A DNA stretch of 64,000 nt, from assembly GCA_028534125.1 (NCBI GenBank), contig CM052818.1, forward strand, positions 44,766,001 through 44,830,000, read 5' to 3'. The DNA comes from Lama glama (taxonomy: Eukaryota). The notes beneath the pieces are model-generated. The model did not search any database and was not told the origin of the DNA. It worked only from the letters and a program-made list of their open reading frames with translations. The first letter of the stretch is position 1; each line of letters begins with the position of its first letter. Positions 39,766 through 51,234 of this stretch are shown in pieces. Both the position numbers and the translations under genes were made by a program.

Positions 39766-40148
39766 GGTCGATCAGCCTCTTTTCGATAAGTCATGGTTTC
39801 TTTCCTTTTTTAAAAAATTTTCCTTCCCTATTTTCTTTTTCTTTAGCAGGGGTGGGCGGGATTAGGTTGGTTGGTTGGTTGGTTTTGATGGAGGTACTGG
39901 GTATTGAACCCAGGACCCAGTGCATGCTAAGCGCATGCTTTACCACTGAGCTCTACCCTCCCCCATCACAGTTTCTTTCCACTGGAAAGTGCATGGATTT
40001 TCTAAAATCTGCCCCTGATGGCTTTCTTGATTTAAGTGGGGTTGTGTCCGTACTGGGAGCAGGGAAAACAAAAAGCAGATGACATCACTAGTGTGTTACA
40101 TGGGGCTCACCTCCTTCAAGACAAATCTAAGAGTCACACTCAGTGGAT
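39766..40148 (+). pseudogene. E2F6-like tandem paralog: degenerate exon 3 (DNA-binding domain), split by a SINE
   Basis: Pyrimidine tract and TTCAG| then VDQPLFDKSWFLS [SINE] TGKCMDFLKSAPDGFLDLSGVVSVLGAGK [+1 frameshift] QKADDITSVLHGAHLLQDKSKSHTQW and donor |GTGAGT at the same phase as E2F6 exon 3. Hand count over 39981-40148: 115/167 nt and 27/55 aa identical. Confidence 0.92.
39806..39965 (-). mobile_element. tRNA-derived SINE inserted in the E2F6-like exon
   Basis: Reverse complement GGGGAGGGTAGAGCTCAGTGGTAAAGCATGCGCTTAGCATGCAC..GGTTCAATACCCAGTACCTCC. 15-bp TSD TCA(TG/CA)GTTTCTTTCC at 39791-39805 and 39966-39980. Confidence 0.9.
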
Positions 40149-41611
40149 GTGAGTTGTCTTCAAACCTTTCATTATTTTTAAGCTTTCGTCATAGAGGAAT
40201 TAGGTTGCTTTTAACAGTGGACTGTGGCAATATGGGAAATTACAAGACATTAAGTAATAAACTGATGCCCAGTGAAGATGGACTGCAGGCAGAGGTGCAC
40301 AAGAGTGAGTGTTCCTGAGTCCTCTCTGTGGACAAGCTCTGCTACAGGCATCTGAAAGATGGAAACAAACATGGCACGTTCCCTGCCTTTACCCACAGCA
40401 CTAGGAAGACCGGCGCACAAGGATGGCCAGAGGTCCCCACACAGGGCAAGGAGAAGAATGTTCTAGATGAGGAAATAATACGTGTAAAGGCAAAGAGAGG
40501 TCAAAGGACTGTGAGGGACTCAGTGCTGCAAACGCGGCTTTCAAAGTTCGCCTACAACCTTTGGTGAGGACCACATTTTAAACGTCCAGCATGCACACAA
40601 ATGTTTCCCAGACAACACTCACCACCTTGCAATACACTCTTCTGTGGATTCCATTTCATTTTTTATTTTAAACAATGGTAAAGGCCTAATCACTCATAAG
40701 CTGCAGTTTGAAAAACGTTGTCATAGAGTTTCCAAGACTCTCCAGTTCCTGTGAGATACAGGGTGGTGGTGGTTTATCAGTCAGTGGTAAGGTCAGATTC
40801 GTATTTGAGAGAGATTACTGCAGAGTCAGTCATCTAGTGAGAATCGGCGCCAGGGATTGTTCATTCATCCAACAAGTGTACGTTACGTGTAAGTACTGGG
40901 TATGCAAAGACAGACAAGCAAGGTCCCCACCTTCAAAAAGAGGGGCGAAGGGGGCTTGAATCCTGGATCTTCCACTTAATAGCAGAAGCCTTGAAGTCCT
41001 TGAATTAACCCCTCTGATCTCAGGGCTATTACCCACTAAAGTGGTCGGTGTGAGGGGGGGAAACAGGGTATCTGGCTTAAAATAAGCATTCAGGTTTTCC
41101 CCTCCTGGTTGTGGAGGGGGCTTGAAGAGAGAAGTTAGTGGCAAGGAAACAAGATTATTTTTATTTTCTGCTTCAGCCACTTTAGACTAAAGTGTATAGG
41201 TTACATTGAAGTTACTGACTAGGGGGTTTTGCTTTTAAACACTTTGATTAAACTTCAAAGAGTGACTTGGAATTGCTCTGGAACACAAGTGTTTGTTTAG
41301 GCCGGGTTCATGGTTTGACTCTAGTACTTGATGGGGACTGGTTTGGGAAGGTAAAAAGGAGATGCAACTACTCTGTGTCCGAAGAAGCAATCCAATGCAT
41401 AGGCTTGTTATACAAGGATTAAATGAGTTAATATTTCTAAGTACTTGCCTTTGAAGTATTTTTAATATAAAAGGCTGGCACATGGTAAGTACTGTGTAAG
41501 TATTTGACAGATTTTAAAAATCTAATAGAAATGAGGCTGATTTGAATTCTGTTTTGAGGCTGTACCTGAATGGATATTTATGCTTTGAAACTTTATCGAT
41601 TCATTGGAGGT

Positions 41612-41720
41612 GGAGGGAGGGTATAGCTCAGTGGAAGCTCAGTTCAATTCCCAGTACCTCCTCTAAAAGAGTAAATAAATCTAATTACCTCCCCCCCAAA
41701 AATAAAAATAAAGTAACATT
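41612..41720 (+). mobile_element. internally deleted tRNA-derived SINE
   Basis: GGGAGGGTATAGCTCAGTGG..GTTCAATTCCCAGTACCTCC..TAATTACCTCCCCCC followed by an A-rich tail. Confidence 0.75.
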
Positions 41721-41803
41721 TTAAAAAATCCATCAGAGGGACTCCTTACATGGTGGGGGCGGGGGGCACTTTGCTGCTTTTAAAGATGCTTGTCTGACCG
41801 TGT

Positions 41804-41907
41804 GCTAGCAAGTGATGGGTCAAGTTAATCCATACCATTTGGCCGTCCGTGAACAGATTTTTCTTGCAGTGAAAGCTCCAGCTGCAGCCAGACGAGTTCC
41901 CAGAGAA
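41804..41907 (+). pseudogene. E2F6-like tandem paralog: degenerate exon 5
   Basis: REQIFLAVKAPAAAR-RV--PRE versus [55 protein letters not shown] versus GAACAGATTGTTATCGCAGTTAAAGCTCCAGC. Both splice sites are lost. Confidence 0.88.
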
Positions 41908-43369
41908 ACAGATACTGATTCACAGATTTTATGTTCCATTAAGAAAGTGAGAAATGGTAACACATTTGCTGTTAATTTCCTAACAGTGAATGTATATAAA
42001 TGAAATATAAACTCAGTAGCCCCAGTGCTGTCCGTCTTCAGGACTAAGTGTCAGAAGAGCTTAGCTGTCCTTACCCATGTATCAGTTCCGTTAAGCCCAT
42101 TTCGTATGGAACGTTATGCCCAAGAAGGGGATAGGGTGGAGCCGGTTTTGTGGTTAATGAACACACTGCGGTGACTGTTCCGTCCCTGAGGGCTTATCTT
42201 TACTCTGCGCTGAGCCTCTCCCGTGGCTATACTTGCAGTCCTGCCAGGGAGAGGCAGCAGCCTGACAGTGTGGAGACTTCTGAGCAACCCCAGGGCTTTC
42301 TCAGTCTCGTTTACAGTGTGCACATGGCCCTCCAGGCCCAGCCAGTCTCGGGAGCAGCCGCCGAGGGGAGCACACTGGTTCAGTTGTCTTGATCCACAAA
42401 GCCTGGAGGACCCAGCTGGGTGCGACGTCTTCAGTGAAACGGCTTCAGAAGTCTCCAGGAAAAACTGCTCCTCTGGGGAAGGAGAAGCATTGAGAGCAGA
42501 CCCAGACCTGTTGTCACGAAGGTGAGCTGAATGCGGATGTTCTTACATCTAAAAGAAAGCCCGTGAGTGTAATGACAAGCAAAGGTTTGAAGATGTCACC
42601 CTTCATCTCACTGCAAGTGACTCGTGAAAGATGGCAGAGCTGGTGGGGTGGTGGTGAGTAGCGTCCGGTCTGCCAGGCTGGACACAAAGCAACAGGGGAG
42701 GACATGGGGGCAGGGTTCATTTCCAAGTGCCATACGGCTGCTTGGAGCTTATAACATTTTCCTCGTGATAATGGCACAGAACGAGCCTTCTCATAAAGCT
42801 GTTTCTGTGCCTGGAATGGAGAATAAGGCAGAAAACATAGGAAGGAGCCATCAAATTTCATGAAGAAAGTGATGAAAGTAAACTTCCCATTAACAAGAGA
42901 TGGTGCAACTTGGAGCTCTCTGTCATTCTCAAAAGGAAAATGCCCCTTTCTCAATAATGTAAGGGGAAATACATCAAGTTTTAAAAATAATTCCAAGGAA
43001 ATGAACCCCTGACACCAAAACACATGACACTCATCGCTAGTGATCGTGTTCAGGCCACGTCAGGCTAATAACCACTTATGAATTACACAGGAGTTACAGC
43101 AGTGTGAATTATACTGAACTGGTCTCTTCCTTTTGCATCAGAAAAGGAATCCTTTCTCGGTTGGTCTGATGTGTCTGTAAATCACATGAAGAAGAAGTTA
43201 AGTGTCATTTCAGTTCTTTGGTTTCAGTAGGCCTCTTGTTTCTTGCAAAATGATAAATTTCAGTGATAGACACTGAATTTCTAATTCATATAGGACAAAA
43301 AACTTTGTATAAAGTAGGAGCTGACTTTTATTTTGGTTTGAACCTTCCTCTTTAAAACTTCACAATCCA

Positions 43370-43610
43370 TAGGAGTTGGGGATTAACAGACACACATTAC
43401 TATATGCAAAACACTTAAACAATAAGGACCTCCTGTAGAGCACAGGGAACTATATTCAGTTTTCTGTAATAACGTATAATGGAAAAGAATCTGAAAAGAA
43501 AATATATGTATGTATGTATATGTGTATGTATGTACATATGTGAAACCGAATCACCTTGCTGTGCTAACATAGTAAATCAACTACACTTAAATAAAAAAAT
43601 TAAAAACAAA
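43370..43610 (+). mobile_element. L1 3' UTR fragment
   Basis: GGAGTTGGGGATTAACAGACACACATTACTATAT..GCACAGGGAACTATATTCA..GTAAATCAACTACACTT followed by an A tail. Related copies lie at about 8910-9095 and 52635-53160. Confidence 0.8.
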
Positions 43611-44389
43611 ATTCACCATGCAATACTGTAGCCACTGGTCACATGGGGCTATTTAAATCCAGGCTGTAATTAGTTTAAAATCAAATAGAAGATAAAATTC
43701 AATTCCTGAGTCACAGCAGCCACATTTGAAGTGCTCAGTGGTTCTGTGTGGCTGGTAGCTCACACAGTCGGCAGCACAGATGGAGAACATTTCTGTCCCA
43801 CAGAAAGTTCAGTAAACAGTGCTGCTATAAACTTGTGTTACAGCAGCTCCCCACCCTGAAAAAGGTTAACAGACCGTAACTCAGCTTAACCAATTACATT
43901 TCTATTATTTAAAATGTTCAATCAAGAAATGTTTCATTGTCAGATTACAGTGGTTCTAATAAGTAAAGTTTTTAAAGTAGTTAAGCTGATTTATCCAGTA
44001 GCATAGTTATCAATGAGGCATTTTTGCGTAATTTTATGGTATCAGCAAATGTGAAATGTATGTAAATGAAATATAAACTCAACAACTAGCTTGCTGCTTA
44101 ACTGAAGCCTGATTGGTCAGCAGCTGTGAGGGGTTTTGAATATTCATGACCAGGTAATTCCGGCACAGCACCTGTGTCCGGACCGTTTTGCTAAGCGGAC
44201 GTTTTTAAAAGCTCAAGTCATTTTTCCTCATACAGAGGGAGAAAACGAAATTAGAGGGTGACTGTGTATTATAAGCTGGAAAGTATCCATTAAAACTTAG
44301 AGAAACTGAACTTTGCCTATTCCTGTGAGTAAAACCAACCTGCTTAATACTTTCTTTTGTCTATAATGGTATCTTTCAGCTTCTCCCAG

Positions 44390-44521
44390 AACATGTCACA
44401 GTCCATGTAAGGACACAAAGGGGCCAGTTAGTGTTTGTGTGAGAAGAAACCAGACAAGTCACGCAGCTCAAAGACCATGGGGCCTCTTAAATGAAAACAT
44501 TTCTCTGACACTTTGACCAAA
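44390..44521 (+). pseudogene. E2F6-like tandem paralog: degenerate exon 6
   Basis: Acceptor TTCTCCCAG| then HVTVHVR[-1]TKGPVSVCV versus SITVHIRSTKGPIDVYL. TCACAGTCCATGTAAGGA-CACAAAGGGGCCAGTT versus TCACAGTGCATATAAGGAGCACCAAGGGGCCCATT. Ends ..ACCAAA|GTAAAT. Confidence 0.82.
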
Positions 44522-47500
44522 GTAAATATAAAAGGATTCAATTTAATTATTTAAAAAATACATTTTTTACCCTGATGCTGTTGCTTTATTCTAAAAGCAG
44601 TTTGGTTGTAACGAGAAGTTTGGAAAATGCAGAGACATGGAAAGGATCATCCTTATTTCTTCCTAGTTTTATTTCTGTCCATCTCTCTTTACACATCTAG
44701 TTGAAACACACAAAATTAAAGTTCCTATCAGAAAAACAAACTTTCAGACTCACAAAGTTCAAAACAAATATTTTATCACAATTAAAATTATCACTTACAC
44801 TCTTACAAGAATATGTTTTTCATTATATATATAAATATATATAAATTATTAATGAAATTCATTAATTTCATTAATAATTTATATCTTTTTATGTTTATAA
44901 AAATAAATATTTTTAACAGGGCCAGAAATATTTTAACTGACATCAGTATCTCACCCTTCCAACGTAAATTGTTACAGATGGGTCACCATTATGTGGGACA
45001 ATCTATCCTAAGATGACGTAAAATTCCATGAATTAAACTTTAGCCCCGGGGGAAAAACTGAGAAAACGTTATGGGATAAGGGTTAGAATATGGGATCAGT
45101 AACAGATTGGAAAGGGGTAGAAGAGATGCTGGAAACTTTCTGTGGTGACAGAAATGCCCTCTCTGTTGTCTCAGTGAGTAGGGGCAGTGTATACAATTGC
45201 TAAAACTCACTGAACTGCACATTTATGATCTTTGCATTTTATTTTTTGTTATTAATAACTCGATTTTTAAAAATTCTTAGCCTTACCACCATTTATGATT
45301 TACTCCATAGAAAATGAAATACTTGGGTTATACACTTAACAAAACATGTACAGGATCTGTGGGCTGAAAATTACAAAATGCTGATGAAAAAAATCAAAGA
45401 AGATCTAAGTAAATAAAGCTTCAAACATTCTTCCTAAATGGCAGATTTTGCACCTGGATTCTACCCAAGCCCAAACCAGGGATAAAGGCATATGAGTCGG
45501 CCGCAGACCACGTAGGAGGAGAGAAACCAATCCTGGGAGACAGGCTCGTGGTGACATTCACAGAGAGTTTGGAATCCATGCATCGAACTGCTGTCCCATT
45601 TTGTACGATATTTTTACATTCGGCTATTTCATAAACAACTTCTGGGAGACTTAGGTTAGGCAGTGTTATGAATACATAAAAATGTAGTCATGATGGAAAA
45701 GTTCAGACTTAAAGGAAATAGTGAAATGCTACTTAGTTAAAAGCCTTTAAAAATCTGTTTCCACTTAGCATATGGTAACTTGTTCAATCATATCATCTGG
45801 TGAATGAGAAAAGATCGTGACACTGGCTGCTATTTTTAACAAGGCAATAAATATATTGCCTAGTACTTGTCAGCTTTCGAAGTAGCAGAACATCATGTCC
45901 AGTACTTTGCAAAATTGTTTCAGATCCTCTAATAACAGCTTCAGTAGAAACGTCATCACAAGCCTACTTGGCTGTCTGTAGACAGGCTCTCATTTCGCAT
46001 TTCACTTTGGGAATATATTTACAATACTTTCAAAGAATCATGCTTCTAGCTGCACTGCAGGATTTAATTTGGTACAAAAGGAGAACTGGGCTGGAGGTGA
46101 ACGTTGTTTCTTGCTGGGGCAGTGAACTGGAGCCACTTCAGCGACACCTAGAGCAGTTGTGCCTTTATGAATCATTTAACATTTTATGACTGTTGTAATT
46201 ATTATCTATTCATAATAATGACTACTTTTATTGAGCACTTGTCATGTGCCAGTCGCTGGAGTAAGAGATATGAATAGTTTCATCTCCACATTATCTTGCC
46301 AGGTAGATGTCATTACCCTCAGTTTAGAAGTGAGAGAGCTGAGGCTTGAGAGGGTAAGTGACATGCCTGCCCGGGGCTACGCGGCTAGTTAACATGAGAG
46401 CCAAGAGTTGGACCCAAGACTGTGTGACTCACAGCCCAGACTCCCTTTAGAGATGGGGTGACCCCCTCACTAGGCTATGTGTTTTGAAGTTCTAGAATTC
46501 CTTTGGCTCACGCTATAGCCATGAAAAAAGGTCTTAATTTTTGGGCAACTCTTTAGAAGTTGGGGCAAATATTAACTATCAAATTGTGACAACTGCACTA
46601 TTACCTAGTTTCATTTCTTCTGCCGCTGATCAATTCTGTCTTCCCTTGAGGTGTACGTATGAGTATGAATACGTACCGTGTAACGATACCGGGTGAAAAG
46701 CAATCTGACTAACGCAGTGGGGCTGGTTTTGGAGTTCGTGTTTTAATTCACTATTTAATAAAGCTATTTTAATTCCAACCCCTGGAATTGTAGTTGGAAT
46801 TTTGTGTTATATATCTCATTACATATATATGTGTGTATATTTATATATATTTACACATAAATATGTATTCTGGGGTAACTATATTCAGAAATCTAAAATA
46901 TTTTTATATTCAATTAGGGGATTTAATTTGACATGAAATATTTTAATATTCTCACCTAAAATAATCTGTCACAGCAAATTTAGAAGGTCCTTAATACTTT
47001 GAAATATGGCATTTTTACTTATTAACACTTCACATTGTATTGACTTTCCAACATGTTATAAAAATATGCAATACAGTTTTTTTTTTAAAAAGAGTTAAGG
47101 AAATTGGGGCAAAGGGCAAATAAGGATCGGAAAAGTAAAATGAAACCAGGGGAGAGGTCAGTACACAGAATGCATGTTGTAAAGTGTGTGTCATTCATGG
47201 CATCTCATTTTAAAAATAACACAGCACAGCCCACTTTCCTAAAAATGTGGCTCCTTGATCAAGAATCTCCATCTTTTTTTTTTTTTTTAACAGTGGGGCT
47301 TCTTGTCCTTTTTTATACTTTGTTCTTTCTGCCCTGCCTTCGGAAATATTCCACTAGATTTTTTGCCTTTTGTTTTCTTTTCTTTCTTCTTCTTCTTCTT
47401 TTTTTCTTTTTCTTTCTTTCTTTTTTTTTTCTTTTGTATTAGGCAAGCTTCCATAGCAGTTGAGACAATGAAAAATCACTTGAGCTTTTTTAAACAAGTG

Positions 47501-47922
47501 ATCACAAAGAGCATTTGAGGATTCATTTGTCAGCTTAGCTGGAACCTCATATGTGGGCAAGCTCATGTTTCCAATTTGGGACTGAGAGCAAGCAATCAGC
47601 TGTGTAGAATTCTCCTGTCTGCTTGACGTCAGCACTGAGACCGCGGTATCTTTAGCAGCTCGCTGTGCAGGATGACGCCAACGGGACGAGTCGTCCCCAT
47701 GGAAAACAGCTCACTCGGCATATGCATATGAGCTACAATTTGGCAGTGGCATCAAGACATTTCTTCTAGAAACCGCTGTTTCCAGTACACACAGTGAGCA
47801 GAACTGAAAGGATTTAATATTTCCCACTCTCCTTTTCCTGTGAAGATTATGGGGTATGCCCTATGTAAAACCACGACTTGCAGAGTGAGAATACTGATAG
47901 CATTCTTCACATCAACATTTTA

Positions 47923-48268
47923 TTTTTATTTATTTATTTTTGGTTCTGCTTTCATGGATTGTTTTTTTTATTGAGGTATAGTCAGTTTACAATGTGTCAC
48001 TCTCTGGTGTACAGCACAATTCTTCAGTCATATATGAATATATATACATTCATTTTCATATTCTTTTTCACCATAAGCTACTACAAGATACTGAATATAT
48101 TTCCCTGTGCTATACAGTATAAAACAGGTCATTTTTTTTATGTGTGGGTGTGGGGGGGTAATTCAGTTTATTTATTTATTTATTCTTAGAGCAGGTACTG
48201 GGGATTGAACCCAGGACATCGTGCACCCTAAGCATGCACGCTATCACTTGACCTATACCTTCCCCCCT
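47923..48268 (-). mobile_element. SINE with an L1 3'-end fragment in its tail, inside one TSD
   Basis: SINE body at about 48130-48268, L1 3' fragment at about 47960-48122. TSD ACATCAACAT(T/A)TTA at 47909-47922 and 48269-48282. Confidence 0.75.
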
Positions 48269-48859
48269 ACATCAACATATTAAGTAGACGAGCTGAATAT
48301 GATAAAGTGAAATGTAAACACCTCTATGCAGAACTGCAAAACGTTTTAGAAAAAATGTGAAGGGTGCTTTATTTTCACTTTGTGCCATTATAAAAGGGGA
48401 AAAAAATCAAATATATTAGGCAGAATTGTGAAGGCACAAATGAATGAATTCTCCCACTTGTCCAATCTGGTATTTGCAGCAGCTACCCCTGGAGCAGTAT
48501 ACTGGTCAAATACTACCACAGTAATGCTCACAATTTCCCTACCCCTGAAAACTCAGTGGCTTAAAATGTTAATAATAGCCTCAAGTTCACAGGTCTGTGG
48601 ACTGGACAGCCTCATTTAGGGGCCCAGGCTGGAGGGATGGTGCAAGCAGAAATACATGATGCCTCTTAAGGCCTCCACTGGGAACTGGAGCACTGTTCCT
48701 TCTGTCCGTATCTATTGGCCAAAGCAGGTCACATGGCCAACCAAGCCCCACATCGATGGGGCAGGAAAACACACTTCTCCCACAGAGACTGAGGGGAAGG
48801 GAGTGAATCTTTGTTGGACAATTGTGTAAAGAACCACATAACAATTTGAGCCATTTAAT

Positions 48860-49510
48860 ATAAATAATTATTATAAAAATTATTCAGTATAAAAGGAGAT
48901 TGGAGTAACAAAGGATTGGCTAAAAAGAAGTGAAGAAAATGCTAAGGAATACAGGAATAGCAGATATAAGGAGCAGTCATTACACATAGGACTGAGATAG
49001 AGAGTCTGAGGCACAGACCTCACCCACCCCCAGGGCTGAGATCCAGATCTTATTGGAGGGGCAGGATTAGCCGCGGCCCACTGGATAGCACAGAAGTCAC
49101 TGTGGTGCTGTGTCTGAGGAACTTGCTGGAAATCTGCACTCTGGAATTTGCCAGAAATCACTCTCTTAGCTACAGGGGAAAGCTGTTCCCAGGAGGTGCC
49201 TCCCTCAAGGCTCTCTGCTGCAAAACTGGCCAAGGGGGGCTGCCAGGGAAAACTGCTAGCCACTGTGAACTGTAGGAGCCAGACTTTGGGAAAACCACAC
49301 CTGCTGCAGGAGACATGTACGTGAGAAGCTGTTAGTGCTGCAGGAGCTGGAGAGGAGCTGCGAACTGCAGGAACCTGCCCAGCAAGCAAAACCTTTTTCC
49401 CTCCTACGAGCTCTCTCTAGCGCCCTCTACTGACAAAGCTTAATATTGTGCCAGCTGGCAATATGTAAAGGGCCCATACGTGTTTTCACAGAGCAGGCAA
49501 AAAGGGTGAT
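48860..49510. mobile_element. LTR41-like ERVL LTR carrying a CTCF-type motif
   Basis: TAGCGCCCTCTACTGACAAAGCTTAATATTGTGCCAGCTGGCAA..AAGGGCCCA..TTTCACAGAGCAGGCAAAAAGGG resembles the LTR41 consensus. Confidence 0.6.
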
Positions 49511-49994
49511 TTCGATACTCGCTCACTGTACTGAACTGCTTGTTCTGGTAGACCCATGAATCTCAAAGTGCCCTCCTCTGCTATACCAGAACCACCCATG
49601 GAGCTTGTTACAATGCAGATTCCTGGGCTCCAAATGGAAGTGACAAACTGAATTCAGATGGAGGAAGGGAGACAGGAATCTGTATTTTAAAATTCTACCC
49701 CAGCTAGCTTTATGTACACTAAAGTTTAAGATCCAAGAGCTCCTTGAGAATGAAGACATTTTTGACTCAGTGTTGTTCCCTTAGCTCAGAATCTGCCACT
49801 TACTAGGTGTTGCTTTAGACAGGTTGGTTCCTGGGTTGGTTGGCTGGCTAGTTGAGAGGTCTGATTCAAACCTGACCAGTTGTAATTGGCCATAAGTCAT
49901 CTCCCCAGCCATACTTTAATGGTGTTTGGTTGAAAAGCATGTCCCGTCACTATTGGTAGACCTAAAGGCAATATATCCTCACTAGAACGGCAGG

Positions 49995-50545
49995 CAATGT
50001 TTTCCGAAAGTGGCTGCAACAGTAACTTCCATCCTGCATGCTCTCCTACAGTGTGACCTTGCCGCCCCTCCATCAGGAGGTGGGGCTGTGTCCCCGCCCT
50101 GAATCTAGATAGGCTTGTGACTTGCTTGTAACCAGCAGAATGTGAGAAAGTGAAGACTGCATGACTTCTGAGGCTAATTTCAAAAGGCAATGCAGCTTCT
50201 TCCTTGTTCCCTGGGACACTCACTTTTAGATTCCTGAGGTTCCACGTAAAGAGTCTCCATGCTGTGAGGAAGCCCAGGTCACATGGAAAGGCCACACATG
50301 GATTCTCCAGTCAACAGCCCCAGCTGAAGCTCCGCCCAGCAGCCAGATCAACCACCAGGCACGTTAGTGTCCAGCCCGAGCTGCTGAGCCACCTCCAGCC
50401 GTTATGCCTTCCCAGACTTTATAAGGCTCCAGGGCCATCCCTCTGGAGGAAATGCCTGACCACAGAGTCTGTGAGAGTAGTTAAGTGGTTACTGTAATCT
50501 TATTTGGGGGATAATTTGTTACGCAGCAATAGTAACTGCAACAAA
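49995..50545. mobile_element. MLT1-type LTR
   Basis: TGTGACCTTGCCGCCCCTCCATCAGGAGGTGGGG..GCTTGTGACTTGCTT..GTGAGGAAGCCCAGG..TTTGTTACGCAGCAATAG. Confidence 0.65.
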
Positions 50546-51234
50546 TTATAAAGCTCTTCTGGGTCAGAATTACCTAACCATCTCATTCTGCAACTCACAT
50601 GCTCTGAAGTGCAGGAACTTATAATTAAGTCTTCCCTCTAACAGTCATATTGCTGTGATCTTCCTTCCCTTCTGCCAAATATCACTGTAGAAGAAAAAGC
50701 TCAATATCTCTAAACTTGCTTCCCTGCCTCATGGTTCTATTTGAAGAGCTTCAAAAAACCGATTTCAGAAGTGTGTCACAGGTCTTGTTACTTTAGCAAT
50801 GTAAGGAGAACTTAATAGAGCAACATGAAAAATGAAACCAAGGTCATTTTAAATGACATTCCGATCTAAAAAGGAAAACACTAAATAATCATGCCATAGC
50901 TGTATCAGGAATTTGTTCAGGTAATCTTGATCGTGCCTCTGAGCTTGGAAAGTGGAATGGAATAATAAGAGGAAAGAATTAGGGCTCCATAAAGCCTGAG
51001 GACAAAAATAAGTTTAGCCCTATATTGTCTGTGGTCTTTCTTTACTTATTGATTTAACTGAAGTTTAGTCAGTCAAATGTGTCAATGTCTGGTGTACAGC
51101 ATCTTGTTTCAGTCATACATCTACATACATATATTCGTTTTCATATTCGTTTGTCTTTGTGGTCTTGAAGCATTACTTAATCTGTCTGACCTTCAGTTTC
51201 TTCATCTGTAAAACAGGATTAGATAATAACCTTC

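Noticed and set aside
39880..39965. tRNA-like A/B boxes here and near 3050-3120, 48190-48268 and 59310-59382
   Set aside because: These are SINE heads with tails and TSDs, not tRNA genes.
40218..40370. Possible exon 4 copy of the paralog (DCGNMG..MPSEDGLQAEV versus DLSNFGAMPQQKKLQEEL)
   Set aside because: Similarity is too weak by eye, it lies only about 70 nt after the exon 3 copy, and there is no U12 donor. It needs an HMM test.
42514..43023. 169-aa minus-strand ORF
   Set aside because: Non-ATG start, no recognisable domain or splice structure.
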